Shown here: one piece after another, positions 47,027 to 55,727 of the stretch
Position numbering within the stretch: position 1 is the first letter of the stretch
How the letters are laid out: each line of letters opens with the position of its first letter
Assembly: GCA_029247365.1 (NCBI GenBank)
Contig: JAQWLJ010000032.1
Location: 1,679 to 65,678, forward strand
Length of the DNA: 64,000 nt
Direction of reading: 5' to 3'
Source of the DNA: Acidimicrobiales bacterium
Lineage (GTDB): Bacteria; Actinomycetota; Acidimicrobiia; Acidimicrobiales; Aldehydirespiratoraceae
Program-made: the position numbers and the translations under genes
The notes under the pieces: generated by a model
Seen by the model: only the letters and a program-made list of their open reading frames with translations
Told to the model about the DNA's origin: nothing
Database searches by the model: none

Positions 47027-48376
47027 ATGCCGTCCTCGAAGAACGTCGCAGTCATCGGCGCCGGGGCCGCAGGGTTGGTGACGGCTCGCCAGCTCAAACG
47101 GGTCGGCCTCTCCCCTGTCGTCTTCGAAGCCGAACCGGCACTCGGCGGAACCTGGACCTACACCGAAGACGTGGAGACCGACCCGCTCTCTGTTGCCCCC
47201 GATCGGGAGCGGATCCACACCTCGATGTACGCCAACCTCCACACCAACTTGCCGCGCGACCTGATGGCCTTCAGGGAATATCCTTTCGATGCTCGCGGTG
47301 GCGGGGAGGACTTCTGGCCTCGTTTTCCGGCCCACGCCCAGGTATTGACGTATCTGTCTCGCTACGCCGCCCACTTCGAGGTGAATGCCCACATCCGCTT
47401 TGACACGAAGGTGGAGTCGGTTCTCCCGCTCGGTGCCACCGGGGGGGGCGGAGCTGATAGCGAGGATCTCACAACGTGGCTGGTCCGCTCCAGCAACCCC
47501 GACACCGGTCCTCAGGAAGAACACTTCGACGCGATCGCTGTCTGCAACGGCCACTTCAGCGTTCCTAAGGTGCCGGACCTACCGGGAGCATCATCCTTTG
47601 GTGGTTTCGGGCTGCACAGTCACAACTATCGACGGCCGGAGGTGTTTGCCGAGAAAAAGGTCGTTCTTCTCGGCGGCCGGGCGTCGGGGGTCGATATTGC
47701 GATCGAAGTCGCCGAGCATGCGTCCGAGACCGTGATCTGCGCACGAGATGGCCGTACCGGCCAGTCGCTCCCCGGTTGCAGCGACATCCAGGTACGGCCT
47801 GCGATCGAGCGTTTCGACGGCGATGATGTCGTCTTGACCGATGGCGGCCGCATCGAGTCCGTCGACGTGCTTGTGTACTGCACGGGGTACCAGTACGCCC
47901 TGCCGTTCTTGGCGAACTCCAGCAGCGTCAAGGTCGACGAGGGCTGGATTCACCCGCTGTACCTCGATCTGTTTTCCTCGGTGACGCCGTCGCTCGGGTT
48001 CATTGGGCTTGGCAACATGATCATCCCGTTTCCCCAATACGAACTGCAGGCTATGGCGTTTGCCGCGGTCGTTGGCGGGACAGTTTCGCTGCCAAGTCGA
48101 GCGGAACGCGAACGCGCAACCCAGGAACACGAGGCCGTCTTACGGGGCGACAGTGTCCCGGAGCGACATTTTTTGACCCAGGGCGACGAGCAATTCGCCT
48201 ATAACGACCTGCTCGCCGATCATCTTGGAATCGAACGGATCTCGCCGAACTTTGAGGCGATATATCACGCTGTCCAGCGGGCAAGGATGCGGGACCTGAA
48301 GCGCTACCGCCTCGAACCACTGCCCTGGCTCGACCCCGAGTACGGGCGCCGCGGTCACGCTGCGCCCCCCGTTTAA
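47027..48376 (+). CDS. Flavin-containing monooxygenase (class B FMO)
   Basis: VIGAGAAG, GGTW, SMYANLHTNLPR, CNGHFSVP, FMO fingerprint FGGFGLHSHNY, GGRASGVD, YCTGY. Confidence 0.9.
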   Translation: MPSSKNVAVIGAGAAGLVTARQLKRVGLSPVVFEAEPALGGTWTYTEDVETDPLSVAPDRERIHTSMYANLHTNLPRDLMAFREYPFDARGGGEDFWPRFPAHAQVLTYLSRYAAHFEVNAHIRFDTKVESVLPLGATGGGGADSEDLTTWLVRSSNPDTGPQEEHFDAIAVCNGHFSVPKVPDLPGASSFGGFGLHSHNYRRPEVFAEKKVVLLGGRASGVDIAIEVAEHASETVICARDGRTGQSLPGCSDIQVRPAIERFDGDDVVLTDGGRIESVDVLVYCTGYQYALPFLANSSSVKVDEGWIHPLYLDLFSSVTPSLGFIGLGNMIIPFPQYELQAMAFAAVVGGTVSLPSRAERERATQEHEAVLRGDSVPERHFLTQGDEQFAYNDLLADHLGIERISPNFEAIYHAVQRARMRDLKRYRLEPLPWLDPEYGRRGHAAPPV

Positions 48377-49977
48377 CTCGGCTCGCTCGCCAACCACCGC
48401 ACAGTGGCGTTGTAGGCCATGTCGTGCCCGGACTGGAAGTAGACGAGCAGGACGGAGTCTGACTCTTGCGCGTACACCGGTGCAGGGTCATCGGGACCGA
48501 AGAAGGTCTTGACACGGCTCCAATCCTGAAGGTCACCCGCGACCACCCCGTTGCCGAAGAGGGCAACCTGTCCGGAATTGAGACGGTCCGCTGGATCGGC
48601 GAGTGAGTTGAACACGTCGGCGGCACTGCTCGTGAGCACGAATGGGTCGTTGATGCCTTGTGCAACGAAGACAGGGACCTCGTGCTCCCGTGCTGTATCG
48701 AGATAGGTGATCGGGCTGCGCTTCAGGCACTCGGCCTGGGCCGGCCCCGGGATTGTCGGGTTGCCTCCGCACGCCGTTGAGATGTGCCTTGTATAGGGGC
48801 GGCCGAACCGGGCCGAGAGCTGGTAGAACTCGATGAGGTCGTGGGTCGGCCCCCACGCCGAGACAGCGGTGACCTTCTCGGGGTGTCGTCCGGCAAGGAG
48901 AAGCGCCATCATCCCGCCACCGGAGTAGCCGACGGCATACACGCGATCGGCATCGACGCCAGCCTGTGCAACCGCGAAGTCGATCGCATCAGCAGCATCT
49001 TGGACAGCCAAATCGGACCCGACTGCGTCTGGGCTGTTGTTTCGGCCGCGGAATTCGGGTGCAATCACCGCCCAGCCGTTCTCCTGGGCCCACATCGCGT
49101 AGGGGATTCCGGCGTGCTGGGTGTAGTCGGCGCTCCACGAATGCAGGATCACGAGAACCGGTTGCTCGTGATCGTCAGTCGGGGGAAGCCAGAAAGCAGG
49201 CTGGTCAGTGCCATCTGCCGTCGACGGGATACGAATATCCTGAATGCCCGGAACTGACGACCTCCAACGGCTGGAGCCGGTGGCAACGAAGTCGCTGAAA
49301 TCCCGGATCGTGCGGAACCCGACGATCGAGTTGAACGTCTCGCATCCGGACGAATCGGGGTCGACGACGACCGCTGGTAGGCGCTTGTACCTGTGGAGGA
49401 ACGCAGCGACTTGACCCCGGGTAACGAAAGCGTCGGGTTCGAACGTCGTTTCCGAGGTCCCGAACGTGATGCGCTGCTCCAGCATCCATCCGATGGCGGT
49501 GACCTGCCAAGGCGTCACCACATCAGTGAACTGGTCCGGGGCCGGTGCGCCAGGGGTTCCTTCCAGACGGTGAAGGAATACTGCGAACTCGCCTCTCGTG
49601 AGGTCGTCATCGGGCGAGTAGGTGGTCGGGGTCGTACCGAACGTGATGCCATTGTTGAACATCCACGCCACTGCTTCCTGCTGCCAGTCGGACACGACAT
49701 CGACAAATCCATGGGTATCGCTAGGGGGAGGAGAGCCCTCCATGCGCCACAGGAACGCAGCCACCTGCCCGCGAGTGACAGGATCAGCCGGGCTGAAACA
49801 CTTCGGCGATGTTCCCATTGTGATCTCACTGTCGACCATCCATTGAACGGCCTCGGTGTAGTACCTCCCTGACGCGACATCGCCAAAGCCCGCCACGCCC
49901 GCCACCGGGGCTACCGACGTCATGCTGGTCGTCATTATCGCTAAACCAAGTGCGACAGCCAGCGTTCGACGCGTCAT
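48373..49977 (-). CDS. Secreted SLH-domain protein with C-terminal S9-like alpha/beta hydrolase
   Basis: Signal peptide, three SLH repeats (FSP...TRGQVAAFL), LHSWS, GYSGGG nucleophile, GHD. Confidence 0.85.
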   Translation of the reverse strand: MTRRTLAVALGLAIMTTSMTSVAPVAGVAGFGDVASGRYYTEAVQWMVDSEITMGTSPKCFSPADPVTRGQVAAFLWRMEGSPPPSDTHGFVDVVSDWQQEAVAWMFNNGITFGTTPTTYSPDDDLTRGEFAVFLHRLEGTPGAPAPDQFTDVVTPWQVTAIGWMLEQRITFGTSETTFEPDAFVTRGQVAAFLHRYKRLPAVVVDPDSSGCETFNSIVGFRTIRDFSDFVATGSSRWRSSVPGIQDIRIPSTADGTDQPAFWLPPTDDHEQPVLVILHSWSADYTQHAGIPYAMWAQENGWAVIAPEFRGRNNSPDAVGSDLAVQDAADAIDFAVAQAGVDADRVYAVGYSGGGMMALLLAGRHPEKVTAVSAWGPTHDLIEFYQLSARFGRPYTRHISTACGGNPTIPGPAQAECLKRSPITYLDTAREHEVPVFVAQGINDPFVLTSSAADVFNSLADPADRLNSGQVALFGNGVVAGDLQDWSRVKTFFGPDDPAPVYAQESDSVLLVYFQSGHDMAYNATVRWLASEPS

Positions 49978-50003
49978 GATGCAGCCCTCCCCGAAGCGGT
50001 CAA

Positions 50004-50594
50004 TCAGCTACCGACGGGCGACGTGGTCGTCGGCACCGGCTTCTGTGTTGTCGTTGTCGTCGTCGTGGTTGTCGTGGTGGTTGTCGTCGTGGTCGTCGTC
50101 GTGGTCGTCGGCGCTGCGGTGGTTGAGGCAGCCACGTCGGCATCAGCAACTGTCGGCGTCCAGCTGAATTGGAAGCGACACAGCTGATCACCCTGATCGG
50201 TCACGCGCACGGTGTCGCCAACCTCGAGCGTCATGGAGCTGGCCCCAGCCTCGTCGACCGGTCCTTTGATCGGGCACAACAAGCCATCGGCGAACTCAAT
50301 GCTGAGTTCGCCGGCGCTTTCCGCGACGAATCTGGCCGGCGCGGAGTACGAGCATTGCTTATCGCTGCCGTCGACCGCGGCCGCAAGACTGGTTGGCGCA
50401 GGGCCGCACTCGGGCTCGGCGTCTGCGACCGCCGGCGGTTCCCCCCCGGCAGCATCATCGAGCGTTGAATTTTCGGTGGAGGCACACGAGGCGAGCAGCA
50501 GGCCGGTCACAAGGAATCCAGCCGCCCCTGCAGTTCCCCGCATATACCGACGCCGGGTTGCGATGTCGTTCGTGGCAGTCGTTCTACGCATCAT
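50004..50594 (-). CDS. Hypothetical lipoprotein with poly-Thr tail
   Basis: TRRRY plus hydrophobic stretch and LASC lipobox, 21 consecutive Thr near the C-terminus. Confidence 0.6.
   Translation of the reverse strand: MMRRTTATNDIATRRRYMRGTAGAAGFLVTGLLLASCASTENSTLDDAAGGEPPAVADAEPECGPAPTSLAAAVDGSDKQCSYSAPARFVAESAGELSIEFADGLLCPIKGPVDEAGASSMTLEVGDTVRVTDQGDQLCRFQFSWTPTVADADVAASTTAAPTTTTTTTTTTTTTTTTTTTTTQKPVPTTTSPVGS
50046..50108 (-). repeat. (ACN)21 codon repeat encoding poly-threonine
   Basis: 21 tandem TGT/CGT/GGT triplets on the + strand. Confidence 0.9.
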
Positions 50595-51208
50595 CGACCC
50601 GTTGCATTCGGTCGAGTCTAGGGGGATTGCCCCGGGTCGACGCCGGTGCAGTCCGAAGCCGGTGCCGCGGTTCGCTCGGTGGACCGGGTGCCGCCAGCTG
50701 ACCCATCTGCGAGCTCGCCGGCGCTCTACCGGAGATACGGCAGGGCCGTTTCGGGATCGGAGCTCGACGCCAGTTCGGCTTGGTCTTCACACCCCGGCCA
50801 GGTACCAGCCCCCGGTGGCGACCTAATCGGGACCGACCGACCGGTCAGCGACAAACCGACGTGGCCGGTTGGCGCCTACGGCCGCGACCGACGCACGTCT
50901 TCATCAGCCGGATGGCAGCTCCTGGGCGACTACGTCGGTGGTCAGTTGCTCGCGCAGCTTCTACATGGCCTGCAGCCTTGTGTGTCTTCTCGATCGTCAT
51001 CTCGACCGCGCCAGGAGCGGGCCGCCATCGAGACTTGAACGAGTAACGACGTGTCGTCTGGCGCCATGGGCCGTCCTCCGCGTCTTTCAGCGGTCCCACA
51101 AGCAGAACAGAAAGCACTGCGCATACGTGGAGCTTGGGCTGCGGGGTGCGGGCCCCACGCAGAGCACACGCTCTCGACCCGGCTTCCGGCGGGGCTCAAC
51201 TGCTCTGA

Positions 51209-51661
51209 CTACGAGGCGCGCAGCCCCGCAAAGAACGCCTTGAGGCTCTGGGTGCACTCGTCACCAAGCACGTTGTGCTGTACGTCGAAGGTGTGCCGCA
51301 GCCGAGGATCGACGCCAAGGTGGTACACCGACCCCAGGGCACCTGCCTCGAGGTCAGGCGCTCCAAAGACGACCTTTTGGAGTCGGGCGTTCACCGCTGC
51401 GCCGGCACACATTGCGCACGGCTCGAGGGTGCTGACCAGGGTTGCATTGTCGAGTCGCCACGTTCCGAGGTGTTCACAGGCGTCTCGCATAGCGAGCACC
51501 TCGGCGTGCGCCGTCGGGTCAGTAGTCAGCTGCCGCTCGTTGTGACGCGATGCAATCACTTCACCGTCGACGACCACGAGTGCCCCGACAGGGACATCGC
51601 CATGGGTAATCGCGAGCTCCGCTTCGGCGATCGCCAGGCGCATCAGGTCCTCGTAGTCCAT
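51209..51661 (-). CDS. tadA: tRNA adenosine(34) deaminase
   Basis: DVPVGA, DPTAHAE, TLEPCAMC, LKAFFAGLR. Confidence 0.92.
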   Translation of the reverse strand: MDYEDLMRLAIAEAELAITHGDVPVGALVVVDGEVIASRHNERQLTTDPTAHAEVLAMRDACEHLGTWRLDNATLVSTLEPCAMCAGAAVNARLQKVVFGAPDLEAGALGSVYHLGVDPRLRHTFDVQHNVLGDECTQSLKAFFAGLRAS

Positions 51662-51884
51662 GAGGAGAAGCTAGCCCGGCACACCAGCCACGAGTCGTCT
51701 CACGACGTCCGCTCGAAGCGGTGCGTCAAGGTCAGGCGCTACGGGGACGGAGCGCCTATCAGGGTTAGCGGCCGGGGCCAGACCGCATTGAAGCGGGGTA
51801 CATCCTGAGGAAGCCGAGATATTGCAAACCGTGCCCTGCTGCCCGTTGCTCGTTGTGCGAAAAGGCCGAATGCGGGAGGTAGCG

Positions 51885-52078
51885 GTGATCTGGGGTCGTG
51901 CAATGGTGGGGTCGGTGCGCTCATGTTCCTCGGGGCAACGACTCAAGCGGACTTCATCGTCTACCGGCTCATCGCAGCCCGGGCCCGACGGGCCTGGGGG
52001 GACAGTGTCCACACCTTCTTGCAGGTATCTGGCGCGCTCGTTGTCCTCGCAGGGCTCTTCGTGGCCATCTTCAGCTGA
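51885..52078 (+). pseudogene. Small two-TM membrane protein, frameshifted in a G-run near 51909
   Basis: GGGAGG SD, GTG start MIWGRAMV, then -1 frame VGALMFLGATTQADFIVYRLIAARARRAWGDSVHTFLQVSGALVVLAGLFVAIFS*. Confidence 0.5.
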
Positions 52079-52312
52079 ACGCTCAATGGCGAAGCCTCGT
52101 TCATGCGGCCAGCGGCCGCAGCTCTCGCAAAACGGCTTGAGGCCGACGAGCTTCCCTCGGCGCTGATCGGAAACCCTCCGACATGAGGCACCGGTTCGAG
52201 CAGGGCACCGGCCCGCCAATTCGCCTTGCTCAGAAGAACGTCGGACGCAAGCGTCGCGTTGGAAAATCCACTCCGTCAGGTGTACGTGCCGATTGCGGGT
52301 GAGATCAGCCCG

Positions 52313-52999
52313 TTACGTGCCGACCTGGTCGGCAAGTTCTGCGAGGACGTCGCCGTGGCAGAGCTTTGGTGCGCACCAGCACCCGAGGCGGAGTCCACGA
52401 AGTTCTGCGAGCGCGCCCATCAATTCGGGCTGTTCGAGAACCCACGTTCGGTACTCAACGATGACTCGTCTGCGCTCTTCATCGCTGTCGTCGGCAAGCA
52501 CAATCGGGTTCCCCCATTTGCTGGCTTCCAACCCGGCCTCAGGCACAGCTCGGCCGATGTACACGTCGTACTCGTCGTGCTGGTTGTGCACCACTGCGGT
52601 TTTGGTGCCAGATGGAACCTTTCGGACATTCGGTGCATTGAGGAGGTCGGCAATCCATTCCGTCGCCTGCGAGTACGCATCGATAAAGACCGCTGGCTCG
52701 GCGCCGAGGACGTGGCCACCGTGCTCGAGACCACCGGGCACGTACCAACCATCGCCTGGCCCGATTTCGCGTGTCTCATCACCGACCGTCAAGAGCAAGC
52801 GGCCAGACAGCAGCAGGCTGAACTGTTCCTGCGGGTGACTGTGCATCTCATACTCGGCACCCGGAAGAACAACTGCGCGGGCGAAATGCATATGTTCGCC
52901 ATCCAGTAGTTGGAAGACAGCGCTCCCGCGCAGATAGGTCTCTTGATCTCTCCAGCGAAAGATTCGTTGACTGGTTGCACTGACCCCATGGTCACTCAT
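52313..52999 (-). CDS. Cupin-DUF4326 fusion protein
   Basis: HSHPQEQ...GRLLLTVG...PGGLEHG cupin, then DVYIGR..SKWGNP...LRGLRLGCWCAPKLCHGDVLAELA. Confidence 0.8.
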   Translation of the reverse strand: MSDHGVSATSQRIFRWRDQETYLRGSAVFQLLDGEHMHFARAVVLPGAEYEMHSHPQEQFSLLLSGRLLLTVGDETREIGPGDGWYVPGGLEHGGHVLGAEPAVFIDAYSQATEWIADLLNAPNVRKVPSGTKTAVVHNQHDEYDVYIGRAVPEAGLEASKWGNPIVLADDSDEERRRVIVEYRTWVLEQPELMGALAELRGLRLGCWCAPKLCHGDVLAELADQVGT

Positions 53000-53239
53000 G
53001 CCGCTACACCGCCGAACTGTCGGGCTTTGTCGCCGGTGCAGGGCTGCCGTTGCCTTTGCATTGCCATCCGTTCGGGACGCTGTAGAGGGCCTTGGGGGCC
53101 TCTCCACCATCGAAATTGTCACTCAAGTGCGACAGGTGCGGTGTCATAGTTTTCATCATCTCACGCCGGTCACCATCGGGTCGGGGTGCCACTACGGCCA
53201 CCGTCGGTGATGGCCAGGCGAACAACTCGGCTGCCACCT

Positions 53240-53505
53240 GCAAGCCTGAGAAGTCACCACCTGTGAAGTCCAGGTGGAACAGCTGCATTCGGGAGAACTT
53301 GGCGTCGTGCAAAACCATGCAGCGAACGGTCGCGAATGTCAGATCGACCTGTGTAAGGGATGCCGCTGTGAGGTCAGCATTAGTCAAATCGGTTCCAAGA
53401 GGATGACGTCCAGAATGCGCGTCTCGTGAAGCCTTGCTTGAGTCAGGTCAGCTCCGGTGAGAAACGTGTTCTCAATAACGCTGCGAGAAAAGTCGACGCG
53501 CAGCG
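53240..53505 (-). pseudogene. Pentapeptide-repeat protein fragment, frameshifted near 53400
   Basis: VDFSR SVIEN TFLTG ADLTQ ARLHE, then another frame TDLTN ADLTA ASLTQ VDLTF...GDFSG. No start or RBS found. Confidence 0.65.
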
Positions 53506-53545
53506 CTCGACGCCGAGGCAGTGACTGCAGCTGCGACGACAGCCC

Positions 53546-54607
53546 TCAACGAAGCGCAGCCAGCCGGTCGTGAGGTATCGCGTGCACCACCCGGCCCTGA
53601 TGCCCGGTCATCGTCTCGGCTGCACAGAGCGCATTCCAGATCGACTCCTCAACCGCTTCTGCGGCGGCGTTGAACAAGGGTGTCATCGCGCCCGCCGGCA
53701 GGGTGGATACCGACGTCGGTTTCGTTGCGTGCAGCGGCACGCGGTTCCCAGTCGAGAACGCGAGAAAGATGTCGCCGCTCCCGTTGCCTCCGGTGCCGCC
53801 CACCCGAGCGAGCCCGACGGTTGCCCGACGAGCCAGTCGCTTGCATTGATCGGCCAGCAGCGGGGCATCGGTGGCGATGACGACGATAATCGAGCCCGCA
53901 TCGGCAACGCTCGGGTCAGTCGGGAGGGGGGTGACCGCGGCGTCGATCAGACGTCCAACGGGCCGACCGTCGAGACGGAGCAGTTCTCGCGACCCGTAGT
54001 TCGCCTGAACGAGCACACCCACTGTGTAGGTGTCTGACTCCAATTCGACCCGCCGAGACGAGGTCCCAATACCACCCTTGAACTGATGACAGACCATGCC
54101 GGTTCCGCTCCCGACGTTGCCCTCTTGCACGACACCACCAGGGCAGGTGTCTGCGTCAACCAACGCGGCGCGGACATCGGCCGCGGTCAGGGAGAACGCG
54201 TCGATGTCGTTCAGGAAACCGTCGTAGGTCTCGGCCACAACGGGCAGACACCACGAGGCGTCGGGGTCTCGCTCGACTTCAGCTGCGACCAGTTCATCGC
54301 GCACCAGGCCAACCTGATGCGTGTTGGTTAACCCGATCGGACCGCTGAGCAGCCCTGACTCCTCGAGCCAGTGCGCGCCGGTCATCTCACCATTGCCGTT
54401 GAACGAGAAGTAGCCCCCGAAACAGAGATCGGACCGCTCCCCGACCGGGCGGGTGTTGACGACGGTCACACCAGTTCGAACAGCGGTCGGCTTGTCATCG
54501 AGAACCGTCTGATGCCCAACGCAAATACCGGCGACGTCCGTGATTGCGTTGTGACTCCCTGTCGGACTACTGCCGATCACGAAGCCGAGGTCTCGGAGAC
54601 GCACCAT
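53546..54607 (-). CDS. DmpA / peptidase family S58 (P1) aminopeptidase
   Basis: NAITDVAG, RTGVT, NGNGEMTG, PVVAETYD, FKGGIGTSSR, autoprocessing site GSIIVVIATDAP, GSGDIF. Confidence 0.92.
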   Translation of the reverse strand: MVRLRDLGFVIGSSPTGSHNAITDVAGICVGHQTVLDDKPTAVRTGVTVVNTRPVGERSDLCFGGYFSFNGNGEMTGAHWLEESGLLSGPIGLTNTHQVGLVRDELVAAEVERDPDASWCLPVVAETYDGFLNDIDAFSLTAADVRAALVDADTCPGGVVQEGNVGSGTGMVCHQFKGGIGTSSRRVELESDTYTVGVLVQANYGSRELLRLDGRPVGRLIDAAVTPLPTDPSVADAGSIIVVIATDAPLLADQCKRLARRATVGLARVGGTGGNGSGDIFLAFSTGNRVPLHATKPTSVSTLPAGAMTPLFNAAAEAVEESIWNALCAAETMTGHQGRVVHAIPHDRLAALR

Positions 54608-54791
54608 CACCTGACACTAGGCGGTGCAGAGCCTCGCCCAGCACGCCGCACTCCCCGATTCCGGTTCGTTTGGTGGCGCAGGCCCAACCTCGAGGCGCGC
54701 GCCGGTTGTATCCAGCAACCGACTGATTTCGACCGTGCGAAGTGGTCGCTGAACGTCATCTGGTCGTCGGGCGGGCCGGTAGCGTCGACCA

Positions 54792-55706
54792 ATGGCCCCT
54801 TTGCCCGAGACGCCTATCTGGCAGCGAGACAGCTCGCATGCTCAGGTGCTCGATTACCACCTGAGCATGCTGCTCGACACCAAACGGCTCGACGCTTTCC
54901 GACAGGCGATCGACACAACGGTGTCACCGGGTGATGTGGTGGTTGATGTCGGTTGCGGCACCGGGATCCTCTCGTTCATGGCATGCGAGGCTGGTGCCCG
55001 ACGGGTGTATGCCATCGAGGGCGCCCCGATCCTGGAGGTCGCCCGGGAGCTTGCGACAGCGAACGGTTTCGCAGACCGCGTTGAGTTCATCGAGGGCTGG
55101 TCGAGCGATGTTGACCTTCCGGAACCGGCGGACGTGCTGATCACCGAGACGATCGGAAGTGCCGGGCTCGACGAGGGCATCGTGGCCTGGGCCGCCGACG
55201 CCCGGACCCGCCTCCTGAAGCCAACGGCAACGATCGTCCCTTCGCGGCTCAGGCTCTGGGTGTGTGGCGCACAGATGGCGGAGGACCACAGCCTCATCAC
55301 CGACTGGTTCGAAACCGGACTCCCGTATGACCTGAGCGCTGCTCACCGCCGCGCCGCTCACAGTCTCTGGTTTACCCATCTCTCGCCAAATCACCTTCTG
55401 GGACAGCCGGAGTTGGCGGTCGACGTTGACCTCGCAACCAGTGCGAGTCGAGCGATGATGGCGTCAGGCACAATGCGGGTCGAGCACGAAGGCACACTGC
55501 ATGGACTTGCCTGCTGGTTCGATTGCCTCCTCGCCCCCGGCGTCACCGTCGACAACGTGCCGGCAGATGCGCAGTCGAGTTGGGGCCACGGCTTCATGCC
55601 GCTTGAGGAGCCGCGGTCCGTGCGTCAGGGCGAGGCGCTGACCTGGTCGTTGTCGGTCTCGGCCGACGGGCATCACTGGACCTGGGATGTCGGTGTGCTC
55701 GGCTAA
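54792..55706 (+). CDS. Protein-arginine-methyltransferase (PRMT)-like SAM-dependent methyltransferase
   Basis: YHLSMLLD..R, VVDVGCGTGILS, VYAIE, double-E loop ITETIGSAGLDEG, LKP...IVP, HGLACWFD, SSW at the THW-loop position. Confidence 0.75.
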   Translation: MAPLPETPIWQRDSSHAQVLDYHLSMLLDTKRLDAFRQAIDTTVSPGDVVVDVGCGTGILSFMACEAGARRVYAIEGAPILEVARELATANGFADRVEFIEGWSSDVDLPEPADVLITETIGSAGLDEGIVAWAADARTRLLKPTATIVPSRLRLWVCGAQMAEDHSLITDWFETGLPYDLSAAHRRAAHSLWFTHLSPNHLLGQPELAVDVDLATSASRAMMASGTMRVEHEGTLHGLACWFDCLLAPGVTVDNVPADAQSSWGHGFMPLEEPRSVRQGEALTWSLSVSADGHHWTWDVGVLG

Positions 55707-55727
55707 CACCCGTCCGACCGGGTTGGA

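Noticed and set aside
47441-47448. G8 tract in the FMO as a phase-variation site
   Set aside because: The gene is in frame, the tract encodes a Gly-rich loop, and it is short for a high-GC genome.
50046-50108. Tandem repeat considered as a CRISPR-like array
   Set aside because: It is a simple Thr codon run with no repeat-spacer structure and no cas genes in the window.
51120-51208. Possible tRNA-Ser downstream of tadA (TCGAGAGCGTGTG resembles an anticodon arm)
   Set aside because: No T-loop GTTC(G/A)AATCC, D-loop or acceptor stem could be built.
51740-51880. Possible riboswitch or ncRNA upstream of the small membrane pseudogene
   Set aside because: No recognisable conserved riboswitch core. 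An Infernal/Rfam scan would be needed.
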